Assembly (NCBI GenBank): GCA_012862495.1 | Contig: BLSG01000345.1 | Location: 65,624 to 129,623, forward strand | From: Thraustochytrium aureum | Taxonomy: Eukaryota | Direction of reading: 5' to 3' | Length of the DNA: 64,000 bases | Shown: in pieces, positions 1 through 10,359 of the stretch | Layout: every line of letters starts with the position of its first letter | How positions within the stretch are numbered: position 1 is the stretch's first letter | The notes under the pieces: model-generated | Database searches by the model: none | Seen by the model: only the letters and a program-made list of their open reading frames with translations | What the model was told of the DNA's origin: nothing | Translations under genes and position numbers: made by a program

Positions 1-15
1 CCGATCAGTGCTCCA

Positions 16-1380
16 ATGGAGCAGAAACACCGGCCGCGCACCTGCCGCGCAACGCACTGGGCGCTGGTCGTAGTGCTCGGAGCTGCCTGCGGCTGTGCGC
101 TGCTCGCGTTGGGGCAGGCGTCTGCTCGGTTGGCGCAGGGCGGAGCCGACGACGCCAGGGTGTGGGATGTAGCCGTCACCAAACTCGCGTCCCTCGGCGA
201 GGCGCTCGGCTGGAGCGACGTGATTGAAGGCGTTCAAGCAGAGGCTGGCAACATGACGGCAATCGTCGACGGCCCCGTCGGCAACGAGGAAAGTGCGACA
301 GACGGCGACGACTTCTTCGTTGACGGAACTCAAGAACAGGACCCTCTCGAGACAGACGGCAGCCGCAAGCCGTTCGATGCAGCTGCTGGCGAGGACGCGA
401 ATGAGCCAGCGAGGAGCGGCGCGGAGGTGTTGCTTTCGGAGAGCCCCGGAGGCGGCGATGATGAGCCTTCGTCTGAGCTCGCCGGGACCGCAAGCGCCGC
501 CCCGATCGAGTCCCTTGCCCCGAACCGCACGGGCCTTGTTCGTGTGGCCTTGTACAACGGGTTTGGAGTGTCGAGGCGGTCGTGGCAAAACGTGCGCAGT
601 GTTCTCAACTGCAGCCCACACGTGCTAGTTACGGTGATGGACGACCTCACCAAGCTCGAGCGGCGCGAATTCGACGTTGTGGTAGTCCCGGGCGGCATCG
701 CCAACAAAATTCGCAACTGGTACAGGCACAAGAACCTGTCGGTCAAGGCCGTGATCAAAGCCTTCGTCAAGGATGGAGGGGGCTACGTGGGGATTTGCGC
801 TGGGGCGTACTTGTCCGGCTTCCTCCAAATCTCGCCGTTCTACACGAGCTACATCACCGTGGGAATGGGCTACTTCTCCAGTACCAAGTGGATGTTGCCC
901 GCGGGCGCCGCGCCGCTCCCAATACGAAACAAGGAGCTGCAGAGGTCGCGCATTTTCTACGCGTATGGCCCAATCTTCAGCAAACCAAAGCCGGTCTCGC
1001 CCAAGCGCCACTTTCGCAACCCGGTGACCCTCTTGCGGATCGCCGCGACGGGCAAGTTTTACTTGCTGGCAAACCCGCAAGGCCGCGCCCAGGAGACCAC
1101 GTCAAAGTACAACTCGCTGCCAATTGTCGTGGCGAGCGACTTTGCCAAAGGCCGCATTGTGCTGAGCGCGACCCACCAAGAAACCGATGTCACGGGCTCG
1201 ACGCCTGCCAAGTTGAGTGTCGGGGGCGCGTCAAAGTGCGAATCTGTCCAAGCGCGAATCCTGCTGAACATGATCTTTTACGCGGCACGAACCAGGTCGC
1301 TGGCCGACGCGGCGGTCGAGAGTGAGGGTCGATTACGAACCTTATCGGGTTCAGCCGCGGAGGCGGGCACATTGTCCTGA
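16..1380 (+). CDS. Membrane-anchored/secreted class I glutamine-amidotransferase-like (BPL_N-type) protein
   Basis: 454-aa ORF with an N-terminal hydrophobic segment (WALVVVLGAACGCALLAL) and an acidic linker. These are followed by VVVPGG...FVKDGGGYVGICAGAY (Cys nucleophile elbow) and LSATHQE (H-x-E), as in biotin-protein-ligase N-terminal domains. No ligase domain. Confidence 0.75.
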   Translation: MEQKHRPRTCRATHWALVVVLGAACGCALLALGQASARLAQGGADDARVWDVAVTKLASLGEALGWSDVIEGVQAEAGNMTAIVDGPVGNEESATDGDDFFVDGTQEQDPLETDGSRKPFDAAAGEDANEPARSGAEVLLSESPGGGDDEPSSELAGTASAAPIESLAPNRTGLVRVALYNGFGVSRRSWQNVRSVLNCSPHVLVTVMDDLTKLERREFDVVVVPGGIANKIRNWYRHKNLSVKAVIKAFVKDGGGYVGICAGAYLSGFLQISPFYTSYITVGMGYFSSTKWMLPAGAAPLPIRNKELQRSRIFYAYGPIFSKPKPVSPKRHFRNPVTLLRIAATGKFYLLANPQGRAQETTSKYNSLPIVVASDFAKGRIVLSATHQETDVTGSTPAKLSVGGASKCESVQARILLNMIFYAARTRSLADAAVESEGRLRTLSGSAAEAGTLS

Positions 1381-1731
1381 GGTCGGTCCGGGCGACATGG
1401 CGTCGCTCCTTCCCCCCCCTCGCCCTCAATCGCATTACTTGATTCGCCAGCTGCCCTGATCGTGTCCAGCAGGCCAAGGTGGTGCGTTATTTTTTTCTTT
1501 TGCGGTCGGGGAGCCGCCCAACAGGCATGAAGCGGTGCGTTGTCCCAACTGGCCCAAGCAGGCTACAACAGGTCTCCTCGAAGTCGCGCAGCCAAGCGCG
1601 CGACTAGCCAAGGAAGGAAAGGGAAGAAAGAAAGGGGGCAAGCAAGCAAGTAGGTACAGAACTGCGTTTTCCCAGTTTGCGTGCGCGCAGAACGCACGAA
1701 AGTGACAATCTGAGCACGGCGCTCTTGCTTT

Positions 1732-4700
1732 TTAGGCAGTGAGCCCGTCATAAACGGACAGCCCAAAGTTGTTCTCCAAAGAGTCGTCGGCGTTGCCGTG
1801 CGTAATGAGCCACTCGCCCAAAGCGCCCTCTGGGTCGTAGGCCATCGCAAAGTGCAGTGCAGTGTTTCCTTGCGTGTTCTGGTGGTTGACCGGGCAGCCG
1901 CGGTTGAGGAAGAGCTCTGCAATCCGCTTGTTGATATTTTGGCACGCGACCATGAGCCCCGTATTCCCATGCGAATCTGTGCTGGCCGGCTCAAACCCAA
2001 GGTCAAGGGCTTTCTCCACTTTTGCGTACCGCCCATTGCGGATCTGGCTGAAAACGGCGTCCACGTCTGGAATGAGCTCCTTTTGCCCCTGCTCAAAGAT
2101 GGTCGCGCGTCGGCTGTCTGTCTCTGACTCGTGTTGGACAGCCTCCTTTCGGCGCGTCTCCTGCTCGGACAGCGGCCGAAGCTTGTTCCTCGCAAGATCG
2201 AGCTTTTGCACGTGCAGCACGTGCTGCATTCCAAGCACGTCGCGGCAGTCCTCGGGGCGCAGCTCGAGCAGAAAGGTACCGTCGACCGTCGCCTCCGAAA
2301 AGGCCTGCTTGTACTGCCCCAGCGACAAGGTATCGAGCCAACGACCCACATCTTGCACGGTCCACTTGCGCACGTCGTCCGGAAACGGCAGCTCGAGCAG
2401 CATCTTGGCCTCCTCGATTTCCCTGCGCTGCTGCATCTCCCGCTCCTTGGCTTTGAGAGCTGCCTGCGCAGACCCCCCAGCTCCACCCCCCACCCGGGAA
2501 CCAGCCAGCGAGGGGATGTTGGCGGCCGTGGCCGCGGCGGCGGCCGCCGCAGCGGTGTCGGCCGAGCTGGAGATTGCCGCGCTTGTCGTGTCAGAGTTGA
2601 TGTCGCGAAGGGACTTGAGCATGTTCATCGAGCTGAAATACGACAACGACATCGACATGAACTGAAACTTGAGCAGCTCCTCGGTGCTGGTAAACATCGC
2701 CTTGCTGCGCTCTTCGTTCTCCTTGGCGGCGGCCGCGGTGGCTGCCGCCGCGGCGGCCGACGTCGCAGTCGCCGCCTCCAGCTCGATGCCGCGCTCGCGC
2801 AGGTTGTCGAGCTCGTTCTTTTGCTCCTCCAAGAGCTCCATGAGGTTGCGCTGAAGGCGCTGAAACTCGCGCTCCTTGCGCTTGCGCGTGCTCTCCATGT
2901 CTTGGATGTTGTCTTCCAAGTGTTGCAACTCGGACCGCTTGGCCTCGACCTCTTGGAACACTGCCGCAAACTCGGCCTCGAGCTCCTTCTTCTTCCGCTC
3001 GCGCTCGGCGCGCTTGATGTGAATCTGCATCTCGAGCGCGTATGCCTCAGCCGCGCGCTTGCGGGCGGCCTCGCTCTTGCCGTCAAAGCTGCTGCCCTGC
3101 TCGACGCGTTCGCGGCGCTCTTCTGCTTCTGCGCGGGCTTCGAGCAGCGCCTTCTCGTGGGAGAGCTGGTGCAGCGCCTGGTCTAGCTGATCGACGTCTC
3201 GAAGCTCTTGCTCGAGCACGGCGAGCTCCTTCTCCGACTCTTGGAGGCCTGCATGGATTTTGCTCACACGGGTCTCGGCGCGCTCCTGGGCGCGGTGCAG
3301 GGCGTCGATCTCCTCCTGTTGGGCTGAAAATGCAGCCTTGGAGTCCTCGATCAGGCTCAAGCCGAGCTCCAGGCGCTCCGGCCCAGGCTCTGCATTTTCC
3401 CAAGTGCGCTTTCGCGTCGCCCGGCGACGGCCGCGGCACCCGCGATACACCCGCTGGATCTGAAGAGCCGCGAGCTGGAGGATGCGCTCGTGCATATAGG
3501 CCTCGCGTCCGCGGTGCATTCGCCACACGCTCTGGATCTTGGTCGCGCTCCGAGCCTCGCGAACGATGCGATCCCGCTCCAGCCTAGCTCGGTGGGCCTT
3601 GCAGCAGCCGAGAAACCCGCGAATAGTCCGCTGAATCAAGAGCGTCGCAATCTCGCGCCTCCGGTCTTTCACTAGCCTGCGCCCGCGCATGCCCCGTCCG
3701 ACACGTTGGATTGTCTCGGCCGCATTCCTTTCGGCCCTGTCCCGCAGTGCCATGGATCGGAGCTGTTCCGCCCTTTCGCGTCCCATGTTGCCTCGGCACA
3801 GGGCCTGTATGCGGATTGCCGCCACGTGCTTTTCGTCATTGGCGAGCCGATTGCGCTGCAAGCGCGAGTACCGCAACCGTCCTTGGCGCCCGCGGAAGAG
3901 AGCTTGAATCTGGACTGCACTGGTCGCCTCCGCTTTCTTTCGCTCCTTTGCTGCCCGGCTCTCCTCGGCCTCGAGGCGCTCTTCCTCAGCGGCAAGCATC
4001 TCCTTTTTGACTTGCTCGAACTCGGCCGTGTCCAGATGGCTTGACTNNNNNNNNNNNNNNNNNNNNNNNNNNNNNNNNNNNNNNNNNNNNNNNNNNNNNN
4101 NNNNNNNNNNNNNNNNNNNNNNNNNNNNNNNNNNNNNNNNNNNNNNNNNNNNNNNNNNNNNNNNNNNNNNNNNNNNNNNNNNNNNNNNNNNNNNNNNNNN
4201 NNNNNNNNNNNNNNNNNNNNNNNNNNNNNNNNNNNNNNNNNNNNNNNNNNNNNNNNNNNNNNNNNNNNNNNNNNNNNNNNNNNNNNNNNNNNNGATGGCT
4301 TGACTTGGTTGCAGTATTCTTTGGGGAAGCGGCGGCGGGCAGGGGCGGATGCTTCAACTTGTCGTCGATGGCGTCTGCGCTCGTTGCAAAAGGCTCGTTC
4401 ACGGTCGTGCGCCCTTCTGCTGCTGCTGCTGCTGCTGCTTCTGTTCTCGCTGCTGATGCCTGGGCGCCTGGGGCGGCGTCGATGTTGTTCTCGCTTTGGG
4501 GCTCCAGGGGCTCTGGCCTGTCGCCCGGCCGGGACGCGGGCCGTGTGTCGGGCGCCCCCACAGTCTCAACGTGGTACTGGGCGACAAGCGAATCGTGCTT
4601 TGCGGAATTGGCCGCCCTTTGCTCTCGCCGATTGAGCAGGCGCGCTTCGAGCTCCTCAATGCGGCGCCGGTCTTCCTCCTCCCACTGCCGGCGCCGTGCT

Positions 4701-7700
4701 TCTTGCTCTTGTTTGAGGGCGTTGATTTGCCTGGCGACGTCGTCCTCCGCCATGTAGACTTGTGGCTCCGCACGGGGTTCATTTACAATAGTCGACTTGC
4801 TTGCCTCGGCGGCCTTGTCAATGTCGATTCCGCCGCGCTTGACCTGGTTGTGCAAGCGGGCCTCCTTGTCCGCTTTGTTCCGCGCTCTGTCCAATTTTTT
4901 TCGCTCGGCCTTGGCCTCCTCAAGCTCGCGCTGGAGCTTGTCGGAGAGCGCCTTAGCTTTGGCCCTCTCGAGCTCCACCTCGTCCAAGATGGCCTGCTGC
5001 TGGCCGACTAGATGTCGCTCGAGCTCCGCCTCCTTTTCGACTCGCTTGGCCTCCATCTCTGCCTCGAAGCGGGCCTGCTCCTCGGCTTGGTGCGCTCGCA
5101 GCTCGCGGTCTTGCTCCTCACGGCGCAGTCTTGCCTTTTCTTCCTCGTCCTTTGCGGCGCGCTCAAGTTCGGCAAGTCGCAGTCGACGGGCCTCCTCCGC
5201 GACGCGCTTGGCCTCGCGGTGGTGGCGCATGGCCTGTTCGAACTCGCACCCAACATCTCCTTCCCCAGCGTTCAACACGCGCGAACCTTGACCGGACACC
5301 TCGATGGCGTGGTCGAGCGCTTCGGATCGCTTGCTTCGACGGCGCTTCAGCCGCGGCTCGGCCGGCTGCTGCGTCGTTTTCTCCTTGGTGTTGGCGACCA
5401 ACTCGGTCGCCCTGCCGCTCTCGGAGAGGCTTGCTGAGGAAGTGCCTTGGGGCTTGCGCTGCGGGGGCTTGGGTTCTGCGCGAGACCCTTTGCGTTTGCG
5501 CTCGCCAGCGTCGTGCCGTAGTGGGGCAACCGTTTGGGTCGTCGATTGCAGGAGGTTGTCAAGCAGGTCCATGAGCTGCGCGCGAGCCTCTTGGCGCACT
5601 TCGTGACCTGCTTTGAGCCACATGACGAAGGCGCCATCGGGGCGCTCAAGGGCGGCGCGCATCTGAGCTGAGGCCTTGGGACCGAGCCGGCCCGCTTCTG
5701 AAAGTTGGTGGGACCACAAGTGAGACACGGCGCGGCCCTCGAGGAAGGCGTCGACGTTGGTGGGGTTGACCAGCACGTTCTCGGTGCTCTGCAACACGAC
5801 GACCGGTATGTCCAGTTCCCGAAGCCGCTTGGAGACGTCCTTGTGACGCAGTGCGCCGTTGCAGAGCTGCACGCGCCCTTGAAGCGTGATGGGGTTGCCC
5901 ACAGCGGTGTACAGGTTCAAGACGAGGGCGGGGTCGACACTTTGCAAGTAGTCGTCACTGAAGAGGAAGCGCGTGAAATAGGACACCGGGAGGTCGGGCC
6001 TGTTGGGCGAGAAGCAGGAAAACACGTTGACCGAGGAGTGCAGGATGGCAGCTAGCTGCTGATCCACCGAGGCGAACCCATTCACGCTAACCAGTCCGCG
6101 CAGCATGCGTCGGTACTGCTCGAGGCGGCCGAATTCGAGCGCAAAGTAGCTCGCGATGCTTGCACCGTTGCCCACGCCGAGCAGGTAGAAGGGCCGGATT
6201 GAGCAGCTGAAGTGACCGGACCGCTCCAGGCTGGCCAGCAATTCGTGCAGCGAGGCAGCCACGAAGGCGTTGTTAAGTGGTCCAGCAGACTCGTTCGGAA
6301 ACGAGGTGAACGCTTGCCCAGGGTAGTTGAACACGAGGGCCTGAGCGCCTTTGTACTTGCGAAGCAGTGGCTCCAAAAAGATCTGCGAGGACTCAAACGT
6401 GTCAAAAAAATCGTGGCACACCACAATATTGGGCAGGCTGCCCTCCACGCCGCCAACCCCGACAATATCGTACGAAAGTGCGGTAATGCCGTCAGAACAA
6501 GTGAACGACTTTGAGAAAGAGGTCGAAGCGCTCGAGTCCTCCCCTACGGGCTTGTTCGGGTCGGGTGCGGTCGACCCATGAAGGCGCTCCATCTGCCGCT
6601 GCTGCACGAGGCGCCGAGCGCGCCGCTCTCGTTTGGTCAGGCTTCGCTCCGGCTCGGTCGGCTCGGCATTAGCCGNNNNNNNNNNNNNNNNNNNNNNNNN
6701 NNNNNNNNNNNNNNNNNNNNNNNNNNNNNNNNNNNNNNNNNNNNNNNNNNNNNNNNNNNNNNNNNNNNNNNNNNNNNNNNNNNNNNNNNNNNNNNNNNNN
6801 NNNNNNNNNNNNNNNNNNNNNNNNNNNNNNNNNNNNNNNNNNNNNNNNNNNNNNNNNNNNNNNNNNNNNNNNNNNNNNNNNNNNNNNNNNNNATTCGTGT
6901 CGATTGAAGGCCACGCGGGTGCCGGCCATTGCGCGGTGCTGCACTGGGCTCAGTCCCTTCGGAGAGAGCATCGGAGACCCTTTGCCGTGGTACTCGTCGT
7001 CTGTGATGTCGGTCAGGTTGAGCTCGCGAAGGCCGTGATCGCCGCCGCTTCCATGAGTAGCCGGGTTTGGGTAGGCTGCGGGGTCGCCAGACCTGGGGCG
7101 GCGAGGCTCGCCGTAGGCGTCAAGCGCCTCGTCGTCGGCAGCACTCCGAGGGCGACGACGCTGGGCGAGGGCCTTGTTGTGAAGCGGTGCGGTCTGGACA
7201 GGTGACTTTTTAATCTCCTGCACGTTTTTGGCGCGTTGCAGATGCGCCTGCAAGTGTTGTGGGACGGTCACCATGAACGATCCGTTTTCGGTGAGGGCGG
7301 CCGGCCCCGAGTCACTGGGGCTGAGCTCATCGTCGCTGCTGCCAGACTTTTCCTCGAGCCCACTCTTTCCGTTGGCGCGCTCGGCCCACTGGCGCTCTGC
7401 TTCGGCGTCAGATGCGGGAGCGTCGGCGTCGAGAAAGAGAAGCGGGTCGCTTCTGGGGTGCGCAGCCCCCACCTTGTACTTGTGCGCTTGGACGGTGCCA
7501 AGAACAAACTCGCAAAAGCATGCTGCCGACTTGCAGGTCCTGTTGAGTACAGCTGGACGAAAGTCTGGGTCCTTCACGAATGGGTCGAGGTCGATGATGC
7601 GCTGTGGGGGAATGCACTCGGCGTCGAATTCGAGTAGCATGGCCATGAACCGCTCGCCATTGGCCATCACGCGTTTGGCCGCTTCCCAAGTGAGCAGTTT

Positions 7701-9706
7701 GCCGGTCAGCAAGGTCATGAGCGCCTGCGATACCTGGATGACCCCCGGGGGCGGGCTCTGAAAGGAGCGAAAATCGGCCAAGTCGCTCTTTGTGAGAGCC
7801 TTGACGGCCTGGATCGCGCGGTCAACTGCTAGGGCGCGCAGCTCGTCAAAATTGAGGCGCATGAGCTTGCGACCTTGTTTGCTGAATGGGTGCACGCGCT
7901 TGTCCACGAGGCCTTTGGTTGCCTTTTGCGCCGCTTCTTGTTGCTCGGCCTCAAGGGCCTGGAGCTTGCGCTTCGTCTCGGGGTACGACTCGGCCATTTT
8001 TGCCAGCGCCCGCTTGCGAGCGTCCTCGATGGTGGCATAGAGCCGGAAGCAGTTGTTGCACACCGCAACGCGTTCGTAATAGTGCGAGGGGTAAGATCGG
8101 CTCAGCGCGCTCGACTCCAAGTCGGTCACCGACTGCACATACTCGCCCTTTTCTTTTTTCTGCATGCGCTTGATGAGCAATTCCACGAGGCGCCGCTCGG
8201 CGCGCGCCTGCACGATTGCTTTGAAGTAGACAGAGTGCTCCAGCACCGCGCGTGGCCGCTTGGACACGGCGCGGCCTGGAAGGTTGGCCTGTCTGCGGGA
8301 AGGACCCGGCTCGCTCGCCCCAAGCTCGGCCCTGGCGGACGCGCCTGTGTGCTCGTTCTCGCCCTGCGCGTCGTTGGCCTTTTCTTCGCTCTGCTCCATG
8401 TGCTCCAGAAGCTCGAGCTCTTTTTGTTGCGCGACAAGGTGCGCTTTCCAGTCCATCTCCTCGGGCACTTGGCCAGTGTCGACGTCGATGAGAATCTCGC
8501 AAAAGTCGCCCGGGCACCCGATCGCTTGGCTTGACATGAGCGATTCGGCGTCTTTGTCGAGCGTCTCGCCAACCGCAATTGCGGGGTCGTGCGATGGCAA
8601 GCCGCTCAAGAATCTGCCCCCGCCTGGCGGCGAGTGAGGCCGTGTCGGTGAGGCCGCTCCGCTTTCTGCCAGGGCCTCGGCCACGGAGAACCGGTGATGG
8701 CGCGGCTCGCGCTGCCCGTTTGACTTTGCGAAACTGTTGCGATGTTGGGTTGGTTCCACGCTATCCTTGCGCTTGTCCAGGATGGCGGCAGCTTGCTTGG
8801 ACTTTCCATCCCCACCCACAGGGCCACCCTGGCGTTTGCTGGTTCGAAGGAGGGCGACATCCGCAATATCCGTGAGCGATGCATCGCCGTTGAGCCCGAG
8901 GTCGCGCAGTGCAAGGGCGTGCTCGGCCATTTGCTGAGCGTGCCTCCCAGCGCGCGTCGGGTCCAGCATGCGCTGCTCAAAGTTGTTGGGCGGATCGATC
9001 GTTTCCGTGAGTGCGAGCTGCTCTGCGCCGCGGTCTGGCGTCACGACGACGAGCGGCGTCCAAAGCAGCCAGACGCGATCCGCGCTGTCGAGCACATAGT
9101 CGACTGTGATCTTTTGAACGATACAGCGGTGGGCGATCTGCAGCGCGCGCACTAGCTCCTGGCAAGCCTGCGCCATGAGCTCGTTTACGACGGTGTTGCG
9201 CGAGCGGATGGTCTCGCGTTGTGTCTCGCCCTTTGCGTTTGTAGAAATAGCTGCCCCAAGCCTGAACGCCTGGACTTGGACGCGCCCGTCCACTTGTCTT
9301 GCATACTCGTGTCGGTAGCAGGCAGGGCTACCGTCCCCTGCGGCGAGGCCTTTGGGGGTGACGTACATTTGGGCGCTGTCGACTTGCGCGAGCTCGCTCG
9401 GGCCAGACTCGAGGTCATCCAGGGTCCAATACTTTCGCTTACCGTTGCGCATAATCACAAACGCGCGCCGCCCGTCTGTGGCGCCGTGGGCGGGTTTCCT
9501 GAACCTCCTCTGCAGGTTCCCGACAGAGCACCACTTTGGCGGTCTCAGCGCGACGAGGCCCTCTTCGTCGACGTAGAGCCACGCGGTGGGCACTCCATTC
9601 TCAAACAGCACGGTATCCGCCATCGGCACCGCGGCCTGCACCAGCATCTCGCCGCGCCGCTTGGCCACCTTGGCGAGGCCTTCCAGCGTCCACCGCCAGT
9701 CGCGCT
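1732..9706 (-). CDS. Giant multidomain protein: ATP-grasp-like / Cys cluster / dynein stalk MTBD / alpha-beta pseudo-hydrolase / coiled coil / IQ motifs / SAM / ankyrin (5' end at or inside gap 9707-10013)
   Basis: Three co-oriented ORFs are separated only by N-gaps, and each is open up to its gap edge. The 4047-4293 gap closes in frame through a 12-bp overlap. MTBD-like KALTKSDLADFRSFQSPPPGV...TWEAAKRVM...DPDFRPAVLNRTCKSAACFCEFV (~7480-7830). Hydrolase fold ~5550-6510. IQxxxRGxxxR repeats ~3410-3920. SAM WTVQDVGRWLDTLSLGQYKQAF...VDGTFLLEL ~2170-2390. Ankyrin GNTALHFA ~1740-2070. Confidence 0.75.
4047..4293. other. Scaffold gap that is probably spurious (flanks overlap by 12 bp). Other gaps: 6676-6892, 9707-10013, 21892-22096, 28869-29715, 31587-31859, 39675-40035, 46203-46270, 49779-50021, 51976-52154, 55152-55234
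   Basis: GATGGCTTGACT occurs at both 4035-4046 and 4294-4305. Confidence 0.85.
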
Positions 9707-10359
9707 NNNNNNNNNNNNNNNNNNNNNNNNNNNNNNNNNNNNNNNNNNNNNNNNNNNNNNNNNNNNNNNNNNNNNNNNNNNNNNNNNNNNNNNNNNNNNN
9801 NNNNNNNNNNNNNNNNNNNNNNNNNNNNNNNNNNNNNNNNNNNNNNNNNNNNNNNNNNNNNNNNNNNNNNNNNNNNNNNNNNNNNNNNNNNNNNNNNNNN
9901 NNNNNNNNNNNNNNNNNNNNNNNNNNNNNNNNNNNNNNNNNNNNNNNNNNNNNNNNNNNNNNNNNNNNNNNNNNNNNNNNNNNNNNNNNNNNNNNNNNNN
10001 NNNNNNNNNNNNNTCCGGGTCCTGTAGTGCAAGGAACAAAAGGAGCCGGGGAACTGACCCTCAAAACGTGCGGTGGACCAGCGCATAAGGTGCGGTAGTG
10101 ATAATAGAGGGTCTGTCGTGCTTGTGCGGAAGGCAGGCAGCGCGGCGCGCAGAGCGGCAGGACGCGCAGGCGCAGGCGCAGTGGCGGAGTGCGCGGTACT
10201 CGCTCGAGAGCCGCGTGGGCAGGCGGTTTGAGAGCGCTGATTGTGGGGACCGCGTGGCGAGGGGCGCTTTGAACGTCGGCGGCGCAGGGCTCGGCGCGCT
10301 GGCCCTTCGACGTCGCTGGGCTTGGTCGGCTTGCTTGGGCTGGGGTTGGTCCAGCGAGG

